Translations under genes and position numbers: made by a program | Assembly: GCF_018977255.1 (NCBI RefSeq) | Contig: NW_024704742.1 | Location: 72,046,001 to 72,110,000 of the forward strand | Direction of reading: 5' to 3' | Length of the DNA: 64,000 nt | DNA from: Callorhinchus milii | Lineage: Eukaryota | Notes under the pieces: generated by a model | The model's input: only the letters and a program-made list of their open reading frames with translations | Database searches by the model: none | Told to the model about the DNA's origin: nothing | In this document: piece by piece, positions 39,701 through 50,510 of the stretch | Position numbering within the stretch: the stretch's first letter is position 1 | Layout of the letters: the number at the start of each line of letters is the position of its first letter

Positions 39701-42700
39701 GTGGGTAGGACATCAGAGAGGTGTGAGGGTGTGCAATGATTTATAGGTAAAGGCAAACAGTCGAGAGCTTGGCTTTATCACCTCTTTCCAAAGGATGTCA
39801 CCTCTGATAGTTCAGCGCTCCACTACCATAGCCCTGGAGAGGTAGCCTGGACTGTGAGCTCCAAGTCCTCAATGTGGGGCTTGAACCCACAAGGTTCTGA
39901 CCCAAAGAGGAGAGTGCAAGCGGCTGATCCAGGTAATGTCTGCAGTTTAGCAGAGAGGTGGGTGTGATTTGAGAGGTAAACACTGGGGGTAAACGTTGGG
40001 GGTAAACACTGGGGGTAAATATTGAGGCTAAATACCGAGAGTAACCCACTTGCCTTGTGATGCTGGTTGTAGGTGGCGAGAGAGCGGACAGAGAAGATTG
40101 CGCTGCAGAAAGTGCAGGAGAGGCAGAGCAAGGCTCTCAAACGCATCAATACAGGTGAGTACTGGTTTCCTGAGGGGCAAGGAGAGGGGTCTAGCCTGGC
40201 CTCTCTTCTCTACGTATTTATTTGATCAGCCAGGTGTCTGCCACATGTGGAAACCTATCTCCAGGCTTAAGAATATCCAAACCAATCTAAGAATTCCACG
40301 CATCCCACCTACACATGGAAATCCCAGAGATAGATTGTTGGAATGGAATGTGCGCTCTCTCCCTGGATTCCAGAGAGTTTAAGGCGCAGGTTGGCAAGAG
40401 CCTAGGCGTGGGGAGCCCAGTGTGTGCGTTGGGGTAACTGTTGCAGTCTAACCAGCTAAAACTGTATTGTTTGCCATTGAGATCACTGTCTGGTCAGCTT
40501 TCCCACTGCTTGTCCAGATCGGACCACCCTACCTGTTAAGGCTTTGGCTTGCAGGGTTAACAGGAACTGATAGCAAATCCAGGTTAGCTGAGCAGCCAAT
40601 ACTGCAGGTTTCTGAGCTACCAAGTTGTTTTTTGCATACTTGGTTGCGAACTTCAACGTTGCCTCCAGATCTGAGCTGGTTCCTGAGCCCCGCGCCACGA
40701 CACTGGATCCCCTTGCATTTCCGTCCATCTATGCACAGACAGCAACGGCCCAGTCAGTTGCGCACAAGGTGCTCATCAGACTCTTTGGCAGTTGACATGC
40801 ACAAAAAACCTTCCCAGAATCCTGCTGGCTCAGAAGCATCATGGACATTTGAGGCAATTTCTCACAGATCTGGTTCAACATCTTCATCAGGATCGAGAGG
40901 GAATCAATGGGAAAATCAACAAGAGTCCCTGTCCCCAGTGACTGTCTTGCCGATGAGCCAGGCTGGCTGTGCTGTCATCAGCAGTGCCCTGTAATACTGA
41001 GGACCCGCCTGGGTCAGGCACTGGACACAGATACTGTCGCAGAAGGCTGGCCAGATTCCAACATTCTGTTGCCAAACATGTCACCTTGGAGCCAGTCTCT
41101 TAGGAGCTCTCCAAAGAGACCCTGCTAAACTCCACCCCCACGCACGTTATTAGGTTACTAGCTGTACCCATTGCGGCTTTGCTTGCAACCAAATGATCCA
41201 ATGCGGAATGTAGATTGACACACAAACAGACAGACAGACATTTCATCTTTATCTATATTCTTCGAGGAGGACTGCTGTCAGAGGATTCCTGTGGGAGAAC
41301 TCAGTGGGGGGACTCGTCGCTTTAAAAATGTGATTTTGTTGTTGGCATAGCTTCGTCTGTATTCTTTATTTTGCTCCCGCCGCTTGGCTACGTACATGCT
41401 CTGTGACGCAGGAAGCCACAGCGCCATATTGTCGTTTTATTAGTATAGATAAATAAAGATGGCAGATCTTTGAATCCCACACCCCTGCCATTTCCCCCAT
41501 ACCCAGTGAGTTGGTAACTAAAGCACATCAATTTAAGATCATCACCAATCCTGACTGGAGAGTTTTGAACTGGAGCGGTCTAGACGGGGGTGGGGGGAAG
41601 AGTAATGGTCCTGGTGTGGCTGATGCTGACAGTCATTCTCCACCCTTTCTGGCTGTAGTGTCGGTGCTGGTCACTCAGGATTACCAGGAGCTGCAGCAGC
41701 AGCTCGACCTAGAACAGGAGCTCAGGCAGCAGGCAGAAACCTACGCCCACCAGGTATATCCCCTCTGCTCTGCCCCGGCCCATAGAGCCCTGCCCCAAAG
41801 CCCAGCCCCATCCCCACTCCCCCACCCCCACAGCCCATCCCCACCCACACTACCCCAACCCCACAGCTCAGCCCCACCCCCACTCCCCCACCCCACAGCC
41901 CACCCCCACTCCCCCAACCCCACAGCACAGCCCACACAGTCCCACTCCAACCAGCCCAACTCCACGTTGCACTGCCTCGCCCACACAGCTGCCACCCCCC
42001 CACCCACCCAAACTGCTGAACTGTTCCGCCCTGTGTCTGTCTGTAGGTCTGTCTATCTGACTGGTGTGACCAACAGTTTGTCTGTGTGACTGACTGTGTG
42101 GCTGACTGTCTATGTATGCGTTTGACTGTGTGTGACTTTGTGTCTGTCTGTCTGTCTGTCTGCGTGACAGCCTAACTGTCTGCCTGGCTGTCTGGCTGTG
42201 TGACTGCCTGACTTTCTTCCTGACTGTCTGGGTGACCGCCTGACTGATTCGCTGGGTGTGTGTGTGAGTGCCTGACTGACTGTCTGTCTGTCTGTCTGTC
42301 TGTCTGTGTGACTGCTTGACTGTCTGCATGACTGGCTATCTGTGTGATTGTGTGCCTGTCTGTCTGCACGATGTGAATGTGTGACTCTCTGTCTGTGTGT
42401 GTGCCTGTATGACTGTGTGCCTCACTGTCTGCGGATGTGACTGAATGTGTGACTGTGCTTGTCCTGTGCTGGTATGACTATGCCTAACTGTGTGCTGGTG
42501 TGCCTGATTGTGTACCTGTGTGACTGTGTGCCTGACGGTGTGACTGACTGTGTGCTGGTGCGGGAGCCCAGATGCTGGTAAGGCAGCGGGAGGCGAGCCG
42601 GCAGAGTGTAATTCTGTTACAGAATGTACTGCCAAGCGAGCAACTGCTCACAGCCCTGGAGGAGGTGGCCTCCCTCAACCGCTGCCTGGAGCAGGAGAGA

Positions 42701-45700
42701 CACCAGCACCAGCAGCTGGTAAGACACTACCCAACCCCCCTAACCCCAAGAGCTTGGGGCGAGGCAGAGCGGACTTGGGGCAGAGACAGGCAGGGGCAGA
42801 GGGCAGGCAGGGGCAGAGGGGAGGCAGGGGCAGAGGGCAGGCAGGGGCAGAGGGCAGGCAGGGGCAGAGGGCAGGCAGGGGCAGAGGTGGAACATAGGCA
42901 GGATTTGAAGTTTGGGACGGCGACAGAGTTCGGATTGGGGTGGGGATGGAGGCAGAGGACACAGCCTGAGATTGAAGGGGGGTAAATTCAGAATGAATCT
43001 GTGCAAACAGTATTTCCGTGAGCGAGTAGTAAACCTGTGGAACAGGTTGGTGGGGTTGGGTAGGGGCCATGGTGGGGTTGAGGCGGGGATCATGATTGGG
43101 TTGGGGTTGGGGTGGGGGTCATGATGGGGTTGGGATAGGTGTCATGATGGGGTTGGGGCGGGGGTCATGATTGGGTTGGGGCAAGGGTCATGGTGAGGTT
43201 GGGGTGGGAGTCATGGTGGTGTTGGGGGAGTCATGGTGGGGTTGGGGTGGGAGTCATGGTGGTGTTGGGGGTGGGTCATGATGGTGTTGGGGTGGGGCTA
43301 ATGGTGGTGTTGGGGTGGGGGTCATGGTGGTGTTGGGGTGGGGCTCATGGTAGGGTTGGGGTGGGGCTCATGGTGGGGTTGGGGTGGGAGTCATGGTGGG
43401 AGTCATGGTGGTGTTGGGGGGGGAGTCATGGTGGGGTTGGGGTGGGGCTCATGGTGGGGGTGGGGCTCATGGTGGGGTTGGGGTATGGCTCATGGCGGTG
43501 TTGGGGTGGGGCTCATGGTGGGGTTGGGGTGGGGCTCATGGCGGTGTTGGGGCGGGGGTCATGGTGGGGTTGGGGTATGGCTCATGGCGGTGTTGGGGCG
43601 GGGGTCATGGTGGGGTTGGGGCAGGACCATGGTGGGGCAGGAGGATAATGATATCCTCATTATGCAGGTACAGGAGCTGAAGCACAGGCTGGAGGGGAGC
43701 CAGGCGGAGAGCGAGGTGGCCAGGCTGACATTGGCCCTGAGTATAGCTGACGAGCAGAAGGAGGATGTGGAGAGCAGGCTGGCTGTCGCAGAGACCAAGA
43801 GCCTTGAGCTGGAGACAGAAGGTCAGTGTCTTGTCACCGGGGGGGCAGTTGGTCTCCTCGGAGCTGAACTGGCTCCAAGGTGACATGGCAATGGAATGTC
43901 GGAATTGAGCTCTAGTCCGGTCACAGAGGCAGGTAAGCAGGTCCGCAGTATTCCAGGGTGCTGCTGATGACAGCTCAGCACAGCCTGGATCATCGGCAGT
44001 CACTGGGGCAGGGAATCCTCCCACTTAGCTCCTGTTAACCCTACAAGCCATGCCTTAACAGGTGGGATGGTCGTAGCTGGACAAGCAGCGGGAAAGCTCC
44101 TGAAAGCAAGAATTGAGAAAAATCCTTCAATCACAGTGGTAATCTGGAAGCCAGTTTTCCACTTTTCTTGAAAAGAAACTGGCTGTTAAGCGCTCCGAGA
44201 AGCAACCCTGTGTGAACTGCATAAGGTGTTGTGGTTTAAATAAACACCCGATTTAACAATTCTTCAAAAATCTGTGCCCTACAACCCTCCCTGGTCGCAG
44301 TCCAGGTTGATGCTCCAGCATGGTGCTGAGCGGTGGTTTCCGTTGTCGGAGGTGCCATCCTTTGGATGAGATATTAAACCGAGATCCTGTCTGTGCTTGT
44401 TCAGGTGGGCGTTAAAGATCTCGCTATAGGCAAAGAGAAAGGAATTTCTCTCCCTCGATGTCTTGGCCAACAATCCCCCAGATAAAATTGGTCATTATGG
44501 AGTCCCGTAGTGTAGTGGTTAGCATGCTCACCTCACAAGCAAGAGGACCCGGGTTTGATTCCCTGGCAGGGCGAAACCTTAGGCAAGTTTCCCTACTCCA
44601 CATACCTCTGTTTACCTAGGAACCCGGTTGTTAGTCGATTTGCGGATCGCTTTCAGGCGATAATAATTCCTAAAAAAAAAATTGGTCATTCAATCACGAC
44701 TGATTGTGGGACACTGCCATATTTCACCCACAAAATTCACAGTCACTACACTTTACAGTATATTTTGTGAAGCGCTTTGAGATGTCTCAACAATGTGATA
44801 AGGATCTATATCAAATGCAAGGATTATTAATTATTATTATTAATAATCACTCTGATCGAATCTCTTTAGTTCAGACACTTCGGATGAAGCTGGAGGCTGC
44901 TGACAACACAACCCATGAGGAGCAACAGGAAGGGGCTCCCCCACCCCCTCCCCCCCCTCCACCCCCTCCCCCACCCCCGCCTGCACACCCACCAGCATCC
45001 AGAGTGCCGATCGAGTAAGTGAAACTTCAGCACTCAGCAACGGATGTGTTTAACCCCTGAGTGAACAACACCCAATTTGATTGAACCTGCTCAAACTCAA
45101 GCAACCACATCAGGGACTCTGAGCTCTCAATCCAGGCTGATGCTCCAGGCAGGTGCTGGAGGGAGATAGCGGCAAATTTTCAGAGACGCCACCCTTCAGA
45201 TGAGATATTAAACTTAGGTCCCATCTCTGCGTGTTCAGGTGGATGTTAAACATCCTGCGCGATATTGGAATAGAGAAGGGAGTTCCTCTCTCCCGGTATC
45301 CTGGCCAACAATTCCCCAGGTTAATTGTTCATTCACGACAAAGCTGTTTGTGGGACATCGGTCTGCAATTTGCCTGCCAAGTTCTCCTATAGACACACAG
45401 TCACTACACTTTACAGTAAATCCTGTGAAGTGCTTTGGTGTCAGAGACGCAAGACTATAACCTTCCTGAAGATTCGGTGTTTTTCGTGTGTTAGAGCAGG
45501 GAGTTTCTCCAGGATTCTGGGCCAATATTCCCATTGTCCAGACACAGCCCAGGAACAGAGGTGATAGTGTGTTAATGTGAGTGTGATCCAATCCATCGCA
45601 ACATTGATCCTGCCTCCCCCCCACCCCCCCCCCCCCCCCACACACACACGCAACCAATTTCAGCCTGTGGAGCCAGTATCTATATGATTTTGTGTAAATC

Positions 45701-48700
45701 CTTGACTGTCCAACATCCAACACCTTGGGACGTCCTCCAAACGTGAAAGGTGCTTTACAAATGTAATTTGATGTTGTTATTGTATGTGGTGGGAGCGGGG
45801 TCGGAGCGCAGCCACTCTCAGAGTCCCCAAATTCCACTTGATCCCAGCCGTGAGACCACCTTGTCTTAAACGTTAGGTTTACGGCAGAATGCAATCATTC
45901 ACTCTGGCACTGAATCAGTTCGGAAACCAACTGCGTTTCTAACAGTGGAAAAAACAGGCTTTCCAACCAGAAAACAAGGATTCGGAAATTTTCCAAAGTG
46001 GAGCCTTAAATAGGGGTGCTACACTCACACACACAGGCTCCACAGCCTGAGACTGGCTAGAATTTCTGACCACGACCCAGAGGCTGTGTGTGTGTGAATG
46101 TGTGGATGGGAAGAGGGATGTGTGAGAATTAGTGTTGCGATGGATTGGATCACACTCATACTCACACTCAATGTCTGGCTCACACTCACTGTGTGTTTGA
46201 AGCTCCAGAAGAGTGGGAAAACCTGGCTCAGAACACAGGCTTGGAGGATGTGTTAGTATGAGGCTCTTATCAGGGTTTGTGCTCGGACTCCAGGCCCCTG
46301 GCAGAGCTGTTACGCCGAAGGAAGCAGGAACGCAAGGAAGCTGGGCCAGAGAACAGTGAGTAACACACTCACCCTGCTCACAGCCACACTGCTCACGCCC
46401 ACACTGCTCACACTCACACTGTCACTGCTCACACTCACGATGGTCAATACTCATACTCAGGGGAAATGGGATAAGAGTAGAGAGCTCCAATGGGGGAGCG
46501 AGCACCAGCACAGACACGTTGGGGAGAGATCAGGCAATGGGATTATAGTAATAATAGAGCTCCAGTGGGGCATCTAGATTCAGCACCAACACAATGGAGG
46601 GAGCAGGGAATGGGATTAGAGTAGAGAGCTCCATTGAGGGAGTGAGCACCAGTACAGCCACAATGGGGAGAAAGCAGGGAATGGGATTAGAGGTAGGTGA
46701 GGAGGGGCTGATCAACTCACAGGAAAAAATAAAAGTTTGCCGGCCAGATTGAGGTCTCGGCGGTGCCTGTGATGGAGTTGAGTGAGAGCATTGTCTCTGT
46801 CCACAGAGACCACCACCCTGGACAGCCTAAAGACAATGGCCGTGGATGAAATGATGGAGCGAATCAAAAACGGGGTCTCGCTGAAACCCACCAAATGCCA
46901 CACAGAGGTAACCAGCCACAGTAGTACGTGGGACCCTCCTCATATTCCCCCCCACCCGGCCAATTGGGTTCTGCTGGTTTCAGCCTGGGTCAGTCCCTCC
47001 CACTCCAGCCTCTGCTTCAGGAGTTGTGAAGACCTTTCAGGAGGTTGCTGAAGACCTTTGTTTTCGACCACGCCTTTGGTCACCTTCCTCCCCCTCCCCC
47101 TGGCTCGGCCCCAGGATCTGTTACTGTGAAGCGCTCCAAGACGCCGCCCGGCGTGGAGGGCGCTATATAAATCAAGTTATTGTTATTGTTATTGTTATTG
47201 TTGTTGTTATTGTGGTTTCCGGCAGATGCTCCAGTGCAGTGCTGTGGGGAGAGAGCACTGCATTGTCAGAGAGACCCAGTGCTTCGGATGAACCGTTAAA
47301 ACTCAGTCTGTGCCTATTCAGGTGGATGTTAAGGATCCCGCAACACTCTCTACTGGTGTCCTGGCCAACAATTTCCCAGATAAAATCGTGGATGTCTGTG
47401 GGATATTGATGTGCGCAAATTGACTGCCTCATGCACCTACTAAAGACACAGTCACTGCACTTTACAGTGAATCCTGTGAAGCGCTTTGAGACATGTTTTA
47501 AATTGCGTTTTTAGGCTATTTTTCTTTCTCTTTTATGTTTATCACTTTCCTTCTCATTCTTCCTTGCTTTAGTTATTTTCCTCTCTGTGTGGGTGTGTGA
47601 CACAGTGAACTCTGTGTATGTCTGTGTGTGTTTGTGACACAGTGACGTCTGTGTGTGTGTGTGTGTGTGACGCAATGACCGCTCTGTGCTCTGCTCTTGC
47701 CTGCAGCTCCCGAGCCCGAGAGCAGAGAGTCCAGTGACAGAGCTTAAAGGGATCTTGGTTAGTATCTGACATTGTTCTTGGTCTGGCGCTTCTCACACTG
47801 TTACTGTGGGTGCTTTGGGGCAAGATGTGGAGAGCAGGGAATGGGATTATGAGCAGAGAGCTCCATTGGGGGAGTGAGCACCAGCAGAGGCACGATGGGG
47901 AGAGAGCAGGGAATGGGGTATGTGTGAGGCCTGGTTGCGTGTGTGAAGCCTGGGCTGTAGGTAACAGTTGTGTCTCCGGTGACAGGAGGGGATGAGGACC
48001 AAGCGGAGGAGCTGGAAGAGTCGGCTGGGGAGTGGACACAAACACAATGAGTTGCAGAACATCCTGCTCCGCAGACGCAGAGTGATGGACGTTCCCTCGC
48101 AGCAACCCCCAGACGACCTTCCGGAAAACAATCCAGGTATCGGGAGTTAAATCAACGGGGCAAGCATGGAGCTGGACTGGCCCTAAGGTGACGTGCCTGG
48201 CAACAGAATGTCAGAATCAAGCCCATCCTCTATGATGGTCTCTAGTCGGGATCCTGAGCCAGGCGGGTCCGCAGTATTCCAGGGCACTGCTGATGGCAGC
48301 ACAGCCCAGCCTGGCTCATCACCAGGACCTGGAAGGGCAGACCAGTCACTGGGGGCAGGGAATCCTCCCACTCAGCTCCTGTTAACCCTGCAAACCAAAG
48401 CCCTAATGTGTAGGGTGGTCCCAGCTGGACAAGCAGCAGGAAAGCTTGCCAGTCTCCAGTAGTTACCCGAAAGCATACTCTGGGGTCCTCAATCCTTGGC
48501 TCTTGCCAACCTGAGCCTCAAACTATTCAGCATTAGGTAAGAAGGATGTTTCCCTCCAGGGAAAGAGCGAGTGCGCATTCCAATCTGGATATGGGGAGAT
48601 TTCCATGCTTAGGAAGCATGCGTGCATCTCTCAGTCTAGTTTTGATACTATTACAACAACAACAACAACAAGATTCCATTTATAGAGCGCCTTTCACGTC

Positions 48701-49175
48701 AGGAGGACGTCCCAAGGCGCTGCACAGTTGGGTCATGACCCGAGCAGGGGGGAAATGGTCAGGGTGAGGGGAGGGAAGGGAGGGAGAGAGGAGGGGGAAA
48801 TGGTCAGGGTGAGGGGAGGGAAGGGAGGGAGCGAGTAGGATGAAGAGAGTCGAGAGGGGAGCTGAAGGCACGGTCAAAGAGAACTGTTACTGTACTGTAC
48901 TGTACTGTTACTGTTAAGTACAATGATGGGTCTCCTTGCGTGTCAGACACCAGCTGACCATGGTGATGGGTTTCTGTGTAGTGTTTGCTGTGACGCTATG
49001 TTCTGTGCTCTCGTCTTTCCCAGCCTCGCGGTGCGACCCTAGTCCTGTAGGCAGCACACCCTTGGGGGGAGCGGAGGTCAAAACGAACCCCTGGAAGATG
49101 CTTCAACGAACAGGGGCCATCTTGCAGAGCAAGAGGATAGAGCAGTGTTTCGAGGGCAGCACTGACACAGCCTGA
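30660..49175 (+). CDS. SHTN1-like: Shootin-family protein (SHTN1 paralog), 16 coding exons, 1683 nt, ~560 aa: coiled coils, polyproline tract, C-terminal WH2-like region
   Basis: Manual join 30660-30750, 32655-32704, 33028-33079, 35924-36018, 37760-37916, 39148-39245, 40073-40154, 41659-41753, 42572-42718, 43668-43821, 44870-45014, 46294-46355, 46807-46907, 47707-47757, 47986-48136, 49024-49175. All introns GT-AG, phase-compatible, no stops. Shootin-1-like motifs: [33 protein letters not shown], poly-Pro, [35 protein letters not shown]. Confidence 0.9.
31461..31813 (+). mobile_element. L2 subfamily B 3' fragment inserted in a SINE head
   Basis: Splits GGAGTCCTGTAG|...|TGGTTAGAGCAC of the tRNA-like head. 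Confidence 0.8.
32105..32432 (+). mobile_element. tRNA(Ala)-derived SINE, short young variant
   Basis: Closely matches 5780-6090; inserted in the tail of another SINE with duplicated ATTCTGT. Confidence 0.88.
32655..32704 (+). CDS. SHTN1-like: Shootin-like exon 2 ([17 protein letters not shown])
   Basis: ttccctgcAG acceptor, aag|gtactg donor, phase 1 to 0. Confidence 0.65.
33028..33079 (+). CDS. SHTN1-like: Shootin-like exon 3 ([17 protein letters not shown])
   Basis: ttacAG / g|gtgaga; resembles shootin-1 ERDEAVKKLEEFQK. Confidence 0.8.
33800..35005 (-). mobile_element. L2 with internal deletion of the RT core
   Basis: 3' end joined at ~34450 directly to the pre-RT region ([12 protein letters not shown]). 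Confidence 0.82.
35924..36018 (+). CDS. SHTN1-like: Shootin-like exon 4 ([32 protein letters not shown])
   Basis: LEIEKTCR motif; cAG acceptor, gtcagt donor. Confidence 0.92.
36580..37660 (+). mobile_element. Tandem L2 3' fragments
   Basis: L2 C-terminal motifs and tail. Confidence 0.8.
37760..37916 (+). CDS. SHTN1-like: Shootin-like exon 5 ([12 protein letters not shown]...QYQLQVK)
   Basis: tttcccAG / gtgaga; NKENK motif. Confidence 0.92.
38815..38975. repeat. ~60-bp satellite-like repeat, ~2.5 units
   Basis: GAGTGAG(T/G)TACA...GAATCTAA...TATATATAGAATAACA; resembles a repeat recalled from shark genomes. Confidence 0.65.
39148..39245 (+). CDS. SHTN1-like: Shootin-like exon 6 ([33 protein letters not shown])
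   Basis: tcAG / gtgagt; coiled-coil, in phase. Confidence 0.9.
40073..40154 (+). CDS. SHTN1-like: Shootin-like exon 7 ([27 protein letters not shown])
   Basis: ttgtAG / gtgagt; in phase. Confidence 0.88.
40571..40924 (-). pseudogene. AARS2: Processed fragment of mitochondrial alanyl-tRNA synthetase C-terminus plus short 3' UTR
   Basis: Minus strand [100 protein letters not shown] resembles the recalled human AARS2 end (GKVLCACQV...[40 protein letters not shown]); premature TAG at 40729-40731. Confidence 0.85.
41158..41449 (-). mobile_element. Non-autonomous Helitron-like element
   Basis: Minus strand A|TCTATACTAATAAA ... GGGTACAGCTAG|T: 5'-TC, 3'-CTAG, AT target, no TSD, internal (ACAG)n. 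Confidence 0.6.
41659..41753 (+). CDS. SHTN1-like: Shootin-like exon 8 ([32 protein letters not shown])
   Basis: Resembles shootin-1 VSMLAVEEYEEMQVNLELEKDLRKKAESFAQE. Confidence 0.92.
42572..42718 (+). CDS. SHTN1-like: Shootin-like exon 9 ([18 protein letters not shown]...HQHQQL)
   Basis: Resembles shootin-1 RQSHLLLQSSIPDQQLLKALDE; donor gtaaga. Confidence 0.92.
42778..42887. repeat. ~18-bp G-rich tandem repeat
   Basis: GGGGCAGAGGGCAGGCAG units. Confidence 0.85.
43060..43640. repeat. G-rich ~21-bp minisatellite
   Basis: CATGGTGGGGTTGGGGTGGGGCT variants. Confidence 0.9.
43668..43821 (+). CDS. SHTN1-like: Shootin-like exon 10 ([12 protein letters not shown]...LELETE)
   Basis: tgcAG / gtcagt; coiled-coil, in phase. 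Confidence 0.9.
44870..45014 (+). CDS. SHTN1-like: Shootin-like exon 11, polyproline tract
   Basis: ctttAG / gtaagt; [11 protein letters not shown] then long Pro run then RVPI. Confidence 0.9.
46294..46355 (+). CDS. SHTN1-like: Shootin-like exon 12 ([21 protein letters not shown])
   Basis: ctccAG / gtgagt; phase 2 to 1 bridges the neighbouring exons. Confidence 0.82.
46460..46695. repeat. ~70-bp tandem repeat resembling a CR1 3' UTR; also near 18815-18910 and 47825-47920
   Basis: GGGAATGGGATT...AGAGAGCTCCA...GAGCACCAG. Confidence 0.7.
46807..46907 (+). CDS. SHTN1-like: Shootin-like exon 13 ([34 protein letters not shown])
   Basis: Resembles shootin-1 LKRQAVEEMMDRIKKGVHLRP. Confidence 0.93.
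47707..47757 (+). CDS. SHTN1-like: Shootin-like exon 14 ([17 protein letters not shown])
   Basis: Resembles shootin-1 ESAVDELKGIL; donor gttagt. Confidence 0.88.
47986..48136 (+). CDS. SHTN1-like: Shootin-like exon 15 (EGMRTK...[15 protein letters not shown]...ENNP)
   Basis: Resembles shootin-1b ELERILRRRKV; donor gtatcg. Confidence 0.88.
48652..48882 (-). mobile_element. L2 subfamily B 3' end with internal tandem duplication
   Basis: Matches 8012-8240. Confidence 0.82.
49024..49175 (+). CDS. SHTN1-like: Shootin-like terminal exon 16 (ASRCDPSP...GSTDTA*)
   Basis: Strong pyrimidine tract ctctcgtctttcccAG, phase 1, TGA at 49173-49175; no recognisable homology. Confidence 0.7.
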
Positions 49176-49499
49176 CACAGGATCACCGAGCACTGACACG
49201 GCACCTCCACAGGCTCACACAGCACTGACACAGCACCGACATAGGCTCACACAGCACTGACACAGCACCGACACAGGCTTACACAGCACTGACACAGCAC
49301 TGAAACAGACACAGCAGCAACTGCAGAAACAGAAGCACAGGACGTGGGAGACAACAACAACTACAAAATTACAGTCCATCATACCATCCCAGAGTTCACT
49401 CCCCACAAGCCGACCATCCCTATGCTGCCCGCCCTCCCCCATCTGCCCCCCACCATCCTCTGCTCGAACCTTCTTCCCCTCCCGGGTTTATCCATCTCC

Positions 49500-50510
49500 T
49501 TTCTAAATGCTGATCTATTCCCCATCGTGCGAGCTGCTCCGCCATTTAATAAGAACATGGCTGATCTTCTAACCTAATTCCATTTACCCGCCCCATCCCC
49601 ATATCCCTTAATCCCTCTATTCATTAGAAATCTAACAACCTCAGCCTTCTGGGGTAGAGAATTCCACAAATTCACTATCTTCAATTCAGTTTGAAAAGGC
49701 TGACCCTTAATCTTGAGACTATTGTTTGGTTCCTTTTACCATAATTGGATCCTTGCCATTAACCAATAAAGGGCTGAACACAGAGTTGTACAATCAAGAC
49801 AATTTATTCAACAATGCAACAATGATACATGTAACAGAAATATACTACCAGATAAGCAGTCGTGCCTGATGACCAGCACTCGGCTCAGCGACCTGTAGTT
49901 CTTATTCTGTCGAGCTCAACTTTCCTTTGTGAGTCTGTTGTATTTATACACAGAGTTGGTGTACTCGTGATCTGCTCGTGATGGTACTTTTCCACTAGCC
50001 TAAGTTTCTTCTGCTTGCTGAAACCATCCTAAACTAGTTTTCCTCCTTATCTTGTCCCTTTTCTCACCCTCCCTGTTCTTCCTTAATCAGATGTTCTCAT
50101 AACCTTGGTCGCTGGTCAGGCGTTCTACCCACAGACAGCTGCATATAAGTCATATTCCTGTTAACTTTTTTCTATACCAACACCATGATCCCTAGTTTTA
50201 GATTCTCCAACCAGGGGAAACAGTCTCACGGAATCTACCCTGTCAAGACCCTTAAGAATCTCATAGTTTCTGTAAGATCACCTCTATTTCTTCTATATTC
50301 TAGAGAATATAGGCCTAGTTTACTCAACCTATCCTCACAGGTCAAAACCCTCATCCCAGGAACCAACCAGTGAACCTACGCTGCACCCCCTCTAAGACAA
50401 GTATGTCCTTTCTTAAATAAGGAGTCCAAAACTGCACACAATATTCTAGGTGCGGTCTCACCAAGGCCTTATACAACTGCAGTAAAACTTCCCTACTCTT
50501 GTACTCTAAT
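49500..50510 (-). mobile_element. CR1-type LINE 3' fragment, split by the LTR
   Basis: CR1-like 3' sequence (GGGGTAGAGAATTCCACA, TGCACACAATATTCTAGG). Confidence 0.65.
49723..50182 (-). mobile_element. Solo LTR (Gypsy-like, 4-bp TSD) inserted in a CR1 fragment
   Basis: TGTTTGGT...ACCAACA termini, TSD CTAT/CCAT, minus-strand TATAAATA (49941-49948) upstream of AATAAA (49803-49808); CR1-like sequence is continuous once it is removed. Confidence 0.75.

Noticed and set aside
43190..43680. Gly/Trp-rich ORFs
   Set aside because: Translations of the G-rich minisatellite.
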